A stretch of 64,000 nucleotides of DNA from a virus. The stretch spans positions 64,001 to 128,000 of the IMG/VR virus record IMGVR_UViG_3300045988_117466. One strand, written 5' to 3'. A program made the translations under genes and the position numbers. Positions 9,760-21,759 of the stretch are shown piece by piece. The notes under the pieces were generated by a model, which did not search any database, had not been told where the DNA came from, and worked only from the letters and a program-made list of their open reading frames with translations. Positions within the stretch are counted from its first letter, which is position 1, and the number at the start of each line of letters is the position of its first letter.

Positions 9760-12700
9760 TTATTTACCGATCGTAGGTTTACGACCAATTTTGTGATATT
9801 CTTTTAGTTTGTTAGCTTGCTCTTGATCATAAACCTGTTTTGCAACAACCTTAAGATCATTCAGAACACTCTTATCAACCATGCCTCCAGATTCTACTTT
9901 GATCAATGCATCATAATAAGAAGAGAAGTCTCCAGTACCAGTCATAATATCTTTTGTCTTAGAGGCTTTAACAACTGATTCAGAAATCTTAACAGCTTGT
10001 TTTAGCACATCAGATGTTTCTGGCTTCAGTAAGATTTCGTCTCTACGGACAGTAGCAATACCGTGATCATGATTACTTTGGATTACACCATTAAGTTTAG
10101 AAATTGGTATTACATCATCAATGACACCACCGTTTCTTACACCTGCATTTTTCAGAGCTTTTAAGATTTTATTTGATTGAGCTTGAGTATATGTTTTCCC
10201 CTTAGCTAAATAAAATTCTTTACCCTTCTTAGAGTTTTTGCTAGTAATTACTCCGAGTTTTCTACCAAGGTCTCCCATTGGGCCTGGATTGTGTACAACA
10301 TCATAACCCTTACTGGCTAAATAATTATTTAGAGGAGACCAGCTTTTAAGCTGAGCTTGAGTATAAGGAGTTCCTGTGTGGAATTTTAATCCTAATGACT
10401 TAGCTTTCTTTTGAGCAGGAGAAAGTTGAATTGTAACACTGAAACTTACTACAATTCCATTAGCCGATCTACACGTTGGAGTAATTGTTCCCTCATTGTC
10501 GCCTTTTGTGGCTGTAATAGTACATGAACTACCAGAGCCTGACATTGTTACATATCCAAGGCTGTTAGGATACCAAGAAAATGATTGTCCAGCTCCATCT
10601 GGAGGAACAATATCAGAAACAGTAACAGTCTTACTTTCTCCAGGGGCTAAAGTAATAGATGCTGGGCTAACACTGAAAGACATAAGATTATGTGCCTGTT
10701 GTTCGGGTGTTTTCATAGAACCACTAACACCACTAGCATTTCCAGTTTCAACTTTTGAAGAATCAACCTTAGAACCCGTAATACCAGTTGTACCAGTTAC
10801 ATTGGTATCAGGATTTGCAACATTATTAGTCACAGAGCTGTTCTTGTTCTGAGTATCTTTTGCGTTCTGTTCAGGTGTCTTGCCATTAGCAGAGCTATTG
10901 TATTCAGAATGATATAACTCACTTAGACCATTAATAAGTCCAGAATTAATAGCAGTGTCATTAATCTTCTTAAAGACATCAGAATAAGAATCTCCAACCT
11001 GTTTTAAGAACTTGCTAATAAGCTTAGATTGTTCATCCAGAGAACCGCTTAAAGATTTAAGCTGTTTATCCAAAGACTCTTGTAATTTTTCAGTCAGATC
11101 ATCGTATCCTTGGGATTCCATAGAATATTGATGTTCTTTCTTAGTGTCATCCATCTGTTCCTGGGCATCAGCAATTTGAGCATCTAATTTAGCTCTTTGT
11201 GCTTTTGCAGCTTCTCCTTCGACACCCTCTAAAGCAGCACGCTGAGCTTCAAGTGCTTGCAAATCTTTTGTCTGACTCTTGATGTTTTTGTCGTAATCGT
11301 AGTATTCTTTCTTACGACTCAATGCCTCTTTACGTTTATTAATGACTTTGACGAGAGCATCAACTTCAGCTTGCATCGTTGTCTTACCAAGTTCTACAAT
11401 TTGATTCTTATAGTCATTGGTATTTGTTGCAGCCTCACGAAGTTGTTTGTTGATTTCAGCTAACTTACTTTCAAAAGTGGCATCGCCAACCATTCGTTTA
11501 CCATTCTCGTCAAAAGTATCATGTAATTTATAGAGAGCATTTCTTTGCTCCATAAGATCAGCCATGTTTTGTTGGCCTTGACGAACATTATCGCTCAAAA
11601 GAGCAATTTTAGCTTTACCGTCTGTAGTCAACTTACCTGTGTCAGGATCGTTTAAGTAATCCTGATTCAGCATATTCATAAGATCGTTATTCTCATCGAT
11701 ACGAGTATTTCTCTTATCAATCTTACGACTGCTTTCATCAAGAGGGATCATAATAGCTTCTTGACGTAACTGTTCATTCTTTTCATCTAAAGAATAATTC
11801 TCTTCACGCCTTGAATACCAATCATCATAAAGCTCTTTGTATCTTTCAGAATCCTTAGCAACCTTATTCATCAGTTCCTGATCAGTTTTCATGATCTCAG
11901 CATTGACAGCAGCTCTGTCATTATTTCTAGCAATCTGATCAGTTTTTGACTGTTTAGTAGCATAGTCGCCATGAGCTTCAGCCATAGAAGCAGTATGTTC
12001 TAAAGCAGTAGCAGCATGTTCAGCTTCATCTGCAAGTCTTGTCAATCTATCAATTTTGATCTGATCAATTTCTTTTCTCACATTTGCAATAGCAGTATCA
12101 GTATCAACAATATTATTCTTAAAAGTTTGAATCTGAGCTTCATATGTATTCTTTTGTTCATCTGTTAAGATTCCCTTTTTCTTAGCCTTATCATACTCTG
12201 CCTGATATTTATTCAATTCTTGTAGCTGAATATTTTTCTGATTCTGATATTGCTGAATCTGATTGTTTAAATTAGCTGTTTTATTATCAAAAGTATCTGT
12301 CCCTTGAGCAATATTAAGATCATTGATCTTTTGATAGTTCTCTAGGATAGCAGACGTTTTAGATGCCATAGCATCATAATAACTAACAACCTTTTCAAGT
12401 TTGGTTTGTACCAGTTCTTGTTGTTGTTTCCTAAGCTCTTCAACTTGCTGTTTGCATTGTTTAGCTTTATCATACCAGTTCTTATATTCTTCAACAGCGC
12501 TACGAATCTTATCATTACTAATAGTTTTGATATCAATAGACCCGTTACGTACTTTCTTGAAATAAGATTTTAAAGCTTTTTGGTTCTTAGCTTTTGAAGC
12601 TTTTTTTGTTTTAGGAGCTTTCTTAACTGCTTGTTTCTCAAAGCTTTCATAGAATTTCTTATATTTCTTATAGCCTTGATTATTAGCAGTGATAGAAGAA

Positions 12701-13177
12701 CCAACACTCTTTAAAGCTTCATCGTAATCATTAACAGCAGAAGTAAGATCATGAACATTTTCTGCTTTAGCTGTCCAAAGATCAGTAGCAGCAGAAAGAT
12801 TTTCAATCTTTACTTCAATGAAATCAAAAGCTTTACCTATCTTATTAAGATAATTTTCAAGAGCTGATTTCTTAGATTTGGTTTTCTTCTTACCATTCCC
12901 AGAACCAGACTTACCAGAACCGGTTTTAGATTTACTAGAAGAAGTAGTTTTCTTCTTTTTACCTACAGTAGTTTTACTACCATTAGATTTAATTTTAATT
13001 CCAGCAGAGTTAGCATGAGCAGATCCATGAGCAAATGCTCCTTCACCACCAACAATCTTAGCTCTACTTCCAGTTTTTCCTTTGTTTAGGAGTTCCTTTG
13101 TTTGTAGGTGATTAAATACTATATCACCACGTTTGAGGTTCACAAATTCTGGGCCTTGAGACCCTACTGTAAACCAT
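9760..13177 (-). CDS. Tape measure protein, exon 3 (5' end is a best guess)
   Basis: Frame is open from 13188. It has no SD and only a GTG at 13143. It opens ..GSQGPEFVNLKRGDIVFNHLQT.., a TMP motif. Long coiled coil, Big_2-like Ig segment (SVSPASITLAPGESKTVTV). Confidence 0.6.
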
Positions 13178-13320
13178 CTATTACCACGTCAATTATGTTT
13201 TCATCGGTTCGCAACACCGACAAGAGTTTTCACTCCTCATGCTTTCACATGAGTTCAGACTATATCTTTTACCTGATTTTATTGTATGTATGTTTTGTTT
13301 GTTTTTTATTTGTGGGTATT

Positions 13321-13355
13321 AAAAAAGAGCAGAAGTAAAATTACTTTTGCTCTTC
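13321..13355 (-). terminator. Intrinsic terminator after the intron A cargo genes
   Basis: GAAGAGCAAAAGTA-loop-TACTTCTGCTCTTTTTT on the minus strand. Confidence 0.6.
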
Positions 13356-13380
13356 GGTAGAGGTTAAATTAATTTGTTTA

Positions 13381-14268
13381 TTATGCTCCTATACTTCGCC
13401 ATTTGCCTTTTGACCATTTGCAAATTTCTTCATCATCTATACAAAGGACATATTTTTTATTCCCGATTTTACAATTACAATGAATCTCTTCATCTCGGAT
13501 ATCCCACCATGTTAAAGATCCTTTGATTTTAAAATTTACCTTAGTCCATGTGCCAGGTTTGAGATCGATGTATTTTTTATTCCCTGTTAGTTTTAAGTTT
13601 CTGTCATATTTTTTGTAATCACAATCTAAAGAATAAGCACCTTTAGAATAAATACGAATTTTTTTATTACTTGCGTTAAAAAGCTTTGTTTTAAAAATAT
13701 TTGATCGAGTATCGTATTTATGCAACCAGCCGTTCATATGAATGCTTTTATATGGTTTTACAATTACGGAAATTGTTTTTTTAAAAGTTGTTGTTTTGTC
13801 CCAGGCGTTTTTAATTATATGATTGTTTAAGTCATCATCATAGTTCCCATTTTCTCCATAGCGATAATCATCATATACAGCAAAATGGTCTTCATAACAA
13901 TCAACACTTAATGTTATTTTGGATTTACCAAATTTCTTTGCATCAACATATGTATATAAATCTTCAACTCCAATTCCTTCATAAGAGTCTAAGGATATAT
14001 TTTTATTAGATCTTGACCATGAAATTGAATTAACATCCAAAGTGTATCCACCCTCTTCATCACCATAGTGCTTCCATAGCGTAGCATCATTTTTCATAAA
14101 TTCCCCATTATAGTATAGCTTAGGAGTAATTTTTTTCATCTGTCCATAATACATTGTAATAGTTTTAGGGACAGAGATACTGAAACCTGCTTGAGCGCTT
14201 TTGGTGTTAATAATCCATAAAAAACTAAACACTAATATAAAGGACATTAATTTTAAAAATTTTTTCAC
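13381..14268 (-). CDS. Secreted protein (intron A cargo)
   Basis: GTG at 14268 after GGAGGAGGG. Signal peptide VKKFLKLMSFILVFSFLWIINTKSAQA. Cys-rich C-terminus. No nuclease motif. Confidence 0.55.
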   Translation of the reverse strand: MKKFLKLMSFILVFSFLWIINTKSAQAGFSISVPKTITMYYGQMKKITPKLYYNGEFMKNDATLWKHYGDEEGGYTLDVNSISWSRSNKNISLDSYEGIGVEDLYTYVDAKKFGKSKITLSVDCYEDHFAVYDDYRYGENGNYDDDLNNHIIKNAWDKTTTFKKTISVIVKPYKSIHMNGWLHKYDTRSNIFKTKLFNASNKKIRIYSKGAYSLDCDYKKYDRNLKLTGNKKYIDLKPGTWTKVNFKIKGSLTWWDIRDEEIHCNCKIGNKKYVLCIDDEEICKWSKGKWRSIGA

Positions 14269-14284
14269 AATAGCACCCTCCTCC

Positions 14285-15154
14285 TTAAAATTCCTTTGTA
14301 ATCGGTTTTGTGAATGGTGTTTCACTTTCATAATAAGTATATTGCCCAGGGGATACCTTATCAGAATTTCCATAAGAAACTATTTCCATTTTGACAATCT
14401 TGTCCTTTGTTTCAAAACTGCTTTCTTCCCACATAGATTGATATGCTTTTAAATTATAGTAGTATAGAGATTGATCGCTTACTACGGTTCCATTTTTATC
14501 ATAAAAACGAATATCAATATTGGCCATATCATAATCATAGTCTGTTAGATTTTTGATTTTTATTCTATATGTCCGATATCCGTATGTAGATGCTTTGACT
14601 TCAATTTTTTCAATTTTATACGTGTCATCTATAAGCGTGGCTCCTTTCGGACAATATCCATTCTCTTTTATAAGTTCGTCATATGATTTCTTATCCCCTT
14701 TGGTTGTAAAAGAAAGATGTGTCTGATCAACTAACTTTTTTAGAATTTCCGCACGCTGGCTATTGTATACATAATAATTGTATTGTATCTTAGTCGGAGC
14801 ACTGGTGTAATCATCAAATAAATCATTTTGTGTATTTAAGGTTTTAATATATTCAGAAATTAAATTTTGTGTATTCTTGTTTTCGAATTGGATTTTAGTT
14901 TCTGAATATTTGTTTAGTGGTTTTAATTCAGTAGCGATATACTTTTGCATCATAGCTGCGTAGTCAGATTGAGATTGATTACTATCATCGGTCTTATCAC
15001 TAATCTCCCATCTTTTTTCGAGCCCAGTTTTTAAATCATTTGCTACTTGTTTGTCTGTGATTTTGGCTTCTTTTTGAGGAGCATCTTTCCCACAAGCACA
15101 AAATAAACATAAACTTGTAAGAAGCATACATCCAATTAAAATTTTCTTTTTCAT
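14285..15154 (-). CDS. Lipoprotein (intron A cargo)
   Basis: ATG at 15154, 7 nt after GGAGGG. MKKKILIGCMLLTSLCLFCAC-GKD is a lipobox-like signal. TATAAT lies at 15192-15187 on the minus strand. Confidence 0.65.
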   Translation of the reverse strand: MKKKILIGCMLLTSLCLFCACGKDAPQKEAKITDKQVANDLKTGLEKRWEISDKTDDSNQSQSDYAAMMQKYIATELKPLNKYSETKIQFENKNTQNLISEYIKTLNTQNDLFDDYTSAPTKIQYNYYVYNSQRAEILKKLVDQTHLSFTTKGDKKSYDELIKENGYCPKGATLIDDTYKIEKIEVKASTYGYRTYRIKIKNLTDYDYDMANIDIRFYDKNGTVVSDQSLYYYNLKAYQSMWEESSFETKDKIVKMEIVSYGNSDKVSPGQYTYYESETPFTKPITKEF

Positions 15155-15542
15155 ACATTTTCCCTCCATAATTTATTTATAAAGCAATTATACATTATTT
15201 GACATGTTTTTCATAGAGAGAATATTTGTTTATCATATTTATCAGGTAATTTATCATTTCGATTTAAACATTACTGTACCGCCATTAGCTTGCGGCTCTA
15301 CTCCTCATAAGAGGATAGTCGTTGAACCTTATCCTATTCGGATCTTGGCTGCTGATTGTCCATTGTAGCAGAAGCAGGGGATTTAACCTCGCTTCCATAT
15401 AATTAATTCTTTTTACTTTCGTAGCGTTCACATCTAGGCATATTTCATCCTTCTGTTGTAGCTTAATTATCTTTAAGACTTTCCAGCAATTAGATAAATT
15501 TTCACATATGTATTACTACATAAGGTCGCATATGTGGTTTAT

Positions 15543-18500
15543 ACGACAAGTTCGTCTCCTAATTCTCCTGTAAGAGCTCGTTCATCTTGTTTTAATCCCC
15601 AATCGCCACCATTAGCATGAGCATCTCCAGCAGATGATTTGAGCTTATCCGTTTTCTCTTGTAAATATTTGTTCTTTTCAGCCTGCACAACAGGATTAAT
15701 TTCTGATAAATCAGAGATTTTTGTTGTTCCCATCGCAAGAGCACGGCTTCCAAGCTTCTTAATTGTTCCGTGAGCAAAAGCACCAAATTCTTCAATATCA
15801 TCAAGCTCATTGTCGTACCAGTCTGTTAAGTCATCAACAGTACCTTGAGCGAAAGCATTTGAATATGGAATGAAAGATCCGTGTGCATTTGCTGTACCAT
15901 GGGCTTTGCCTTTCTTTTTTTTCTTTCCTGAGCTTTTCTTACCTCCTGAGGGCTCAGAAGGAGTACTACCAGTAACGAAATCAACAATTCGAGTGATATG
16001 TTTTGCTGCCCATCCTGCGATTGTTCCATCAGCAAGAGAGGTGTCCGCCTTAAGTTGTGCAGTGTTTGTAACTTTTTGGCTTTTCCATTCCTGAACTTTT
16101 TGATTCGCTTCAGTAATATCTCCTTTAAGATGTCCGGTTTTATCAACCTCAATCCCAAGGTATTCTAAAAGCTTTTGATTAGCTTTAGAAGCATCTACGT
16201 CTAATTTTCCTTCTTTGTCAATTGGAATATTTAAAAAATCAGCTATTTCTTTGGTGGCTTTTTTAGTATCTGCATCAACTTTAACGGTTGTAGACTTCTT
16301 TCCGCCTTTGCCAAGATTATCAATATCTTGTTTTGCCTTTTTGGTATTAGCCTTTACTTCAATAGTAACTTGACCTTTTTTCTTATGTTTATTGTATTCA
16401 TCAACAAGACGTTTAATCTCTTTATCAATCTTATCATTGCCAGTTTTTTCTACGGTATTATCTTTGCCAACCTTAAGTCCAGATTTTAACTTATTAAGTT
16501 GAGTGTTTAATCCAGATTTTGTTTTGATTTGCTTTCTAAAAACACCATTATCACTTTTGCCACTGACCATATTGGCAGTTTCTTTTTCAAGTTTAGATAC
16601 AGTTGTGTTTAAATTTTTGATTCTGCTTTTTAATTTACTTTGAGCTTCATTAAGTTTTTTCTTTGCACTTGCTTTATCATCGTCAGTTTTAGCATCTTTC
16701 CAAGTATCATAAGCATTGCTATAATCCTTTTGAGCTTTCTGTACAGAATCTCTAGCAGATTTAACTTTTTGATAAGAATTTTTCTTCCAGGATTCATATT
16801 TTTCGGTAGAATCTATAGCGTAATGGTTTTTGTCAGCTGTTGATTTAGCATTTGTAATAATTGAGTTACCATATTCAAACGCCTCTTCAGAATACTTATT
16901 ACCATATTTGTTTACAAGCTTTTTATCATTGGAATCAACAGCTCCTTCAAATTTGCTTTCTGCATCTTTAAATTCAGCCTTATCCTGAGCAATCTCAATC
17001 TCAAACTTTAACTTCTTGACCATCTCATCTGGGATATCTTCGCCAGCGTTTTTCAGTTTAAGAATCTGCTGTCTGTAATCCTCAATCTGTTCTCCTAATG
17101 CTGTTTTACCAGCACCATCTTTCATATTTTTCCATTTATCAACCAGTTGGTCAACATAACTTTCAGCTTTTTCGTACTGTTCTGTAACAGATTTAAAATC
17201 AATCTTACCACCATAATCTTTTAAACGATTCAGTACAGCTTCGAAAGGTTCAATACCCATACCCATTGCTTTAGCGGCAGTAGCAGTATTAGTGATCTTT
17301 CCAGAATATGTACCTTCAGCAGTTTTCTTTAAAGTACCAAAATCAGTATTAGCTTTTTGGGATTTGGCAGATAAATCATCTAAGAATTTAACCAGACCGC
17401 TATCATCAGAAGTAAAATACTTAGTAGTCTTAGCCCATGTCTTATCAAAAGTAGCAGCATCAGTCTTACCAGATGAACTCATAACACTTGTCAATGTTTT
17501 GAAATCATCTGTTCCAATAAGTCCTTTGTCACGTTCTTTCTTCTGAGCATTGAATGCTTCACGCATTGCTAAGTAAGTATCACCAGAGTCAGCTGTTTCT
17601 TTTGCTTGAAGATAATCACTCCAAGTAGACTGAGAGTTTGCCTGATTGATTAATTTAAGACGCTCTTTCAACTGATCAAGACTACCTGTCCATTTCTCAG
17701 TTTTAGAATTTAAGATATCAAAGGCTTGAGATGCTTCAGTAAGATTCAAACCATCAATGAAAGATTGAGTATCTTTATTATCACCAAGCTTTTCCTTGAT
17801 ATCTTCAATCATTGATTGAACATCTTTACCATCTTTTAAAAATCCTTCAAAATTTCCTTTATCGTCTAATTTGAAATCAACATTAAAAGAATCAGCCAAA
17901 GATTTGTTTAATTGCTCAATACTAACCCCATCATCTGTGGCAGCCTCTTTAAGCTTATCATAAGCATCTTTGGTATTATTGAGCCAATTCTGAACACCCT
18001 TGTTACTAGATTTATCATAGCTTTTAATAAACTTATCAAGAGCTCCTTGTGCTTTATCATCTTTAGCAAATTTCTTTGCTGCAGCAATAGTATTTTCTCG
18101 TTGTTCCTTGACCCAATCTTTATCTTTTAGATTATCTCTAGTCGCAGTATCTATGTTATAAGTATTAGATCCTAATCCTGTAAGGAAGCTTTGAGCACGA
18201 CTACCCAATTTATTATAATCAGTAATACTACCTGGCAATGAAGTGGCAATATCTTGATTGTATTGATCAAGAGCCTTTTGGGTTTTAGTAAGCCCAATTT
18301 TATATTTTTGAGCATAACCTGAGATTTTAGCGATTTCTTCACTAAGATCAGTTCCCTTAGGTAAATAGTCTTCAGTTTTATCCAAGATCTGCTTATATGA
18401 ACCAATAAATTTGTTCATGTCAGCTTGTTTGTATAAATCGAAGGTTTGATCCTTTGGTAATTTCAACACATCTTTGGCAGCCTTGTTGAAAGCAGTAGTT

Positions 18501-19531
18501 AACTGGCTGGTTTTATCGCCTTGCAGACCGTTTCTTAACTGAGTAGTTAAGGTGTCCATGTCGTTGCCCCAGAACTTATCAACACCAGTTCCAGAAGCTT
18601 TCTTAACATTCTCTATGTTACCTTCAACTAACTTGTCCCAAGTTTCATCAGAAGCATATTTCTTTTGTGCGCTTTCTTGTTTCTTCTCCTGAGATTCAAT
18701 CGCTTTGTCCATCAATCCAGATGTTTTAGCAATTGCATTTCCTTCTGCATCATATCCTGAAATAAGAGAAGGAGTAGTATCTAAAATTTCCTTGCGGATA
18801 CTTAAGAATCTCTCATAAGAAGAAGTATCTAAACTGATGTTATTACCGTATTCGTCTACACCTTTGGATAAAGATTCAAATTCTACTTTATTCCCTTTGA
18901 GAGTGGAAATATTACTTTGGACATCAGACATTTTGTCCTGATAAGTGCTACGGGTTTTATCAGCTTTTTCTACCTTATCTTTGTCATAAGTAGCAGCTTT
19001 CTTAATGTTTTCAATTCCTTTAGAAAGAGCACTTCCTGCAAATTCCATGATTAGACTTGCACCTAATCCTAATAACACATTTGCGGCAAAAGCACCAGCC
19101 TTAGCAGCTATGCCAGAAGCTTTAACATTTTCCACGAAACCTGCTAATCCACCTGCGGCAGATTGAGCAATGCTACCAGATTTTTCAACCTCTTTGTTGA
19201 ATTCTTCAAGACCTTTTCCATAACTATTTTTCTTATCACTAAGATCATAATTATTTTGCTTAGCTTGACCGTAAAGAGTACTAGCTGTATCACGACCTTT
19301 TTCAGTCTTCATTTCATCCTGAAGTCGCTTAAACATGTCCTCTTTTTCTTTGGTAGACTTATTACCAAAGATTTCAGGAACCATGCTGTTACTAAAGAAA
19401 TCCTGCAATCTACTTTGATCAGACTGCATATTCTCATAATTAGCCTTACGTCTTGTAGGACTAAGTGCATTCAGAATAGCACTACCAATTGGAAATTCAT
19501 TTTTACCAGTTTCTTTATTGTACTGTACAAG
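15543..19531 (-). CDS. Tape measure protein, exon 2 (ends are best guesses)
   Basis: Opens at TTG 19534 with no SD. K/E/D-rich coiled coil. Ends ..DAHANGGDWGLKQDERALTGELGDELVV and then stops. Confidence 0.6.
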
Positions 19532-19901
19532 CAAACTGTTTACTCAAGGGCAGGGAAATACCCTATTTTCACACTGGTAAAATATGTATTTGACAATCAC
19601 TAATGCAATATTCTATACTAATTATGTAACAAGAAATATGTATCATATCTCAAAGTAATAACACACATGGGGCTCACAATTCAGTGAGCCTTTTGTGTAT
19701 CTGAAATTAAAGGAGAAGAGAGGTTCATAAAGATACCTCTTTTTCGCAATTAACCTTGCAATATTTGGAAACATAAGTTATAATTAGAAACATCATGGAA
19801 TAATTAGTTCCCCAATTAATTATTTTCATACTAAAGGCATTCCTAGGAGGTAGGGATGCCTTTTCTCCATTTATGGGGTAACGATTCGTTCACCCATCAA
19901 A

Positions 19902-20708
19902 TTAACTTTCTAACTGATCTTCCAGATCCTTAATCTTAGAATCTCTAAATGCAATTTTCTTTCCAGTACTACGATGATTTGTTTCTATGTATCTACGTTT
20001 CAGATTGTTTAGTACATACTCTGCAGTCATTCTGTACATTGGATTTAGAGAACCAGAAGTTTCAATAATCGATTCAAGTTTATCATCGATCATTGTTACG
20101 ATTTTCTGCTTATACTCAGTTGCATTTAGTTTTCTATGATACTCATAGCGGTCTTTCTTTTTTAAATGAACGTGAACATCAATGATCTTATCAACAGTGG
20201 CTTCCAGATTTGTGTAATCAGATTCTAAAAGAACACGATCAATGTTGCGTACAGAATATTTAATTTTATCTGCATCATACTGTCTCTGAAGCTGACATTC
20301 ATCTGAAACTGCTACATCATATAGATCGTTATTATCTTGCTGAAGTTGTGTGATCAGCTCAATCATTCTCTCAAAAGCATCTGTGTATCTAGCTGTAAAG
20401 ATAAGAGCTTTGTTACCAGTAAACTTGTTTACCAGCATTGCAAATCCTTTACGATCAATATAATACATAGGACGCTCCTGGTTATTTAAATCAAGATAAG
20501 AGCCGAGGGAAAAATTTCCGGCGGCTAATTCAGGGATAACTTCTATAAAATGACGAATCTTTTTCATTACATCTGCATGGTCTTTCCCATAAGTCTCAGC
20601 CACATTGAGAGAAGTGGTGTACACATCACCATTGATCTCTTCAAGACCAAATTCCTCATTAATTTCTGCGATTTCACATTCAATAGCTTTCTTTGTTTCT
20701 TTTAACAT
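19902..20708 (-). CDS. Rha-family phage regulatory protein (intron B cargo)
   Basis: ..TSLNVAETYGKDHADVMKKIRHF..NFSLGSYLDLNNQERPMYYIDRKGFAMLVNKFTGNKALIFTARY.. matches the Rha/pRha pattern. Confidence 0.7.
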   Translation of the reverse strand: MLKETKKAIECEIAEINEEFGLEEINGDVYTTSLNVAETYGKDHADVMKKIRHFIEVIPELAAGNFSLGSYLDLNNQERPMYYIDRKGFAMLVNKFTGNKALIFTARYTDAFERMIELITQLQQDNNDLYDVAVSDECQLQRQYDADKIKYSVRNIDRVLLESDYTNLEATVDKIIDVHVHLKKKDRYEYHRKLNATEYKQKIVTMIDDKLESIIETSGSLNPMYRMTAEYVLNNLKRRYIETNHRSTGKKIAFRDSKIKDLEDQLES

Positions 20709-20743
20709 AATTCAATTTCTCCTTTTAATATAAACTTAATTTC

Positions 20744-20769
20744 AAAAGGGGTCGCATTTCACGACCCCC
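20744..20769 (-). terminator. Hairpin terminator between the Bro and Rha genes
   Basis: GGGGTCG-TGAAATG-CGACCCC followed by TTTT on the minus strand. Confidence 0.5.
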
Positions 20770-20793
20770 TATCAACAACAATCTCACCAAACT

Positions 20794-21600
20794 TTAATCT
20801 TCAAGATCCCCAACAACTCTGTAAACAAGTTTCTGACCTTTACCAGTTACATAAGTCTGTGGAACAATCACATTGCAAATCACATGTTCACCAACTTCAA
20901 AACATCCGTTCTCAACGTATCTCTGATATGGCATGTTGTCCCGCATCAGGATTCCATTACTTCTCAGAATCTCAAAAAGACGATTCCTTCCAATGTCATA
21001 TCCATCATTCTGCAACAATTTGGCCATTGTGTTCATGTCGATCGTATCAGAAGAAGCAGTAACACATCTTGCAAAATCTACATCTTCTTTGGAAGCTTCA
21101 AGTTCTCCACGAAGCTCTGCGATTGTAGCTTGCTGAATTTCTAATGCTTTGAGTACAAACTCAGCTTCAGACAGATTTTTATATGGAATGTATCCACCTG
21201 TACGTCTGATCTGTGGAAGAACTTCAGATGTTACCCATCTTTTGAAACGATGTAATTTTTCAATTCTCTCTTCAATAAGGGGGTCATTTTGTGACACCCC
21301 CTTTGCTTTAGCAGGTTGCATTAAGAATAATAATGAATATAGTCCTGATTCATTAAGAACTGTGATGTTTTGCATTCCTCCAGCGGTTTGAATTTTTGCC
21401 ATTGTTTTGTCAGCTTTGTCAATTCTACGCAAGCTACGCTTGTGATTTGTATCTCCAAAAGCTATGCATACATCTTTTCCAACAAACCAAGGTTCATTGT
21501 CAATCTCAACGCATCTGATTGATCCAAATTCGTCATTTACGAAGTTCATGATCTGATTGTTATTTCCTACTTCATTTTCTGCTTTTGTTAAATTTGCCAT
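20794..21600 (-). CDS. Bro-N / KilAC antirepressor-type protein (intron B cargo)
   Basis: ..FGSIRCVEIDNEPWFVGKDVCIAFG..TAGGMQNITVLNESGLYSLLF..FKRWVTSEVLPQIRRTGGY.. is classic Bro-N. The C-terminal half is KilAC-like. Confidence 0.8.
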   Translation of the reverse strand: MANLTKAENEVGNNNQIMNFVNDEFGSIRCVEIDNEPWFVGKDVCIAFGDTNHKRSLRRIDKADKTMAKIQTAGGMQNITVLNESGLYSLLFLMQPAKAKGVSQNDPLIEERIEKLHRFKRWVTSEVLPQIRRTGGYIPYKNLSEAEFVLKALEIQQATIAELRGELEASKEDVDFARCVTASSDTIDMNTMAKLLQNDGYDIGRNRLFEILRSNGILMRDNMPYQRYVENGCFEVGEHVICNVIVPQTYVTGKGQKLVYRVVGDLED

Positions 21601-21670
21601 ATTAAATTCTCCTTTTCTTCAGAAAGGTGCACCAAATGGCATAGAACAGATGGTGCTGATGATTTGCTTA

Positions 21671-21759
21671 TCCTTCTATGCATATATGGCTAATTTACTA
21701 CCCCTTTAAAACACCAGGCTCTACCTAATGTTTTAAGACTCAATTAATGTGGTAAGTCT
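21671..21759 (-). promoter_or_regulatory. Conserved hairpin cassette, copy 1 (upstream of the Bro gene)
   Basis: TTACCACATTAATTGAG, a long imperfect hairpin, then GGGGTAGTAAATTAGCCATATATGCATAGAAGGATAAG. Two more copies lie at 48054-48144 and 48238-48330. Confidence 0.5.

Larger units (their letters stand above)
13178..15542 (-). mobile_element. Group I intron A in the tape-measure gene, carrying two exported-protein genes
   Basis: P1 GTCGT|/GCGAC (15547-15543 / 15529-15525). The 5' arm shares CTACAAC, ATGAAATATG and GGACAATCAGC blocks with intron N. GAAA hairpin at 13236-13253. An in-frame stop follows directly after the 5' splice site. Confidence 0.6.

Noticed and set aside
19902-21600. Calling the phage temperate on the basis of the Rha and Bro-N/KilAC genes.
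   Set aside because: No integrase, CI-like repressor or att site is visible in this window. These regulators also occur in virulent phages.
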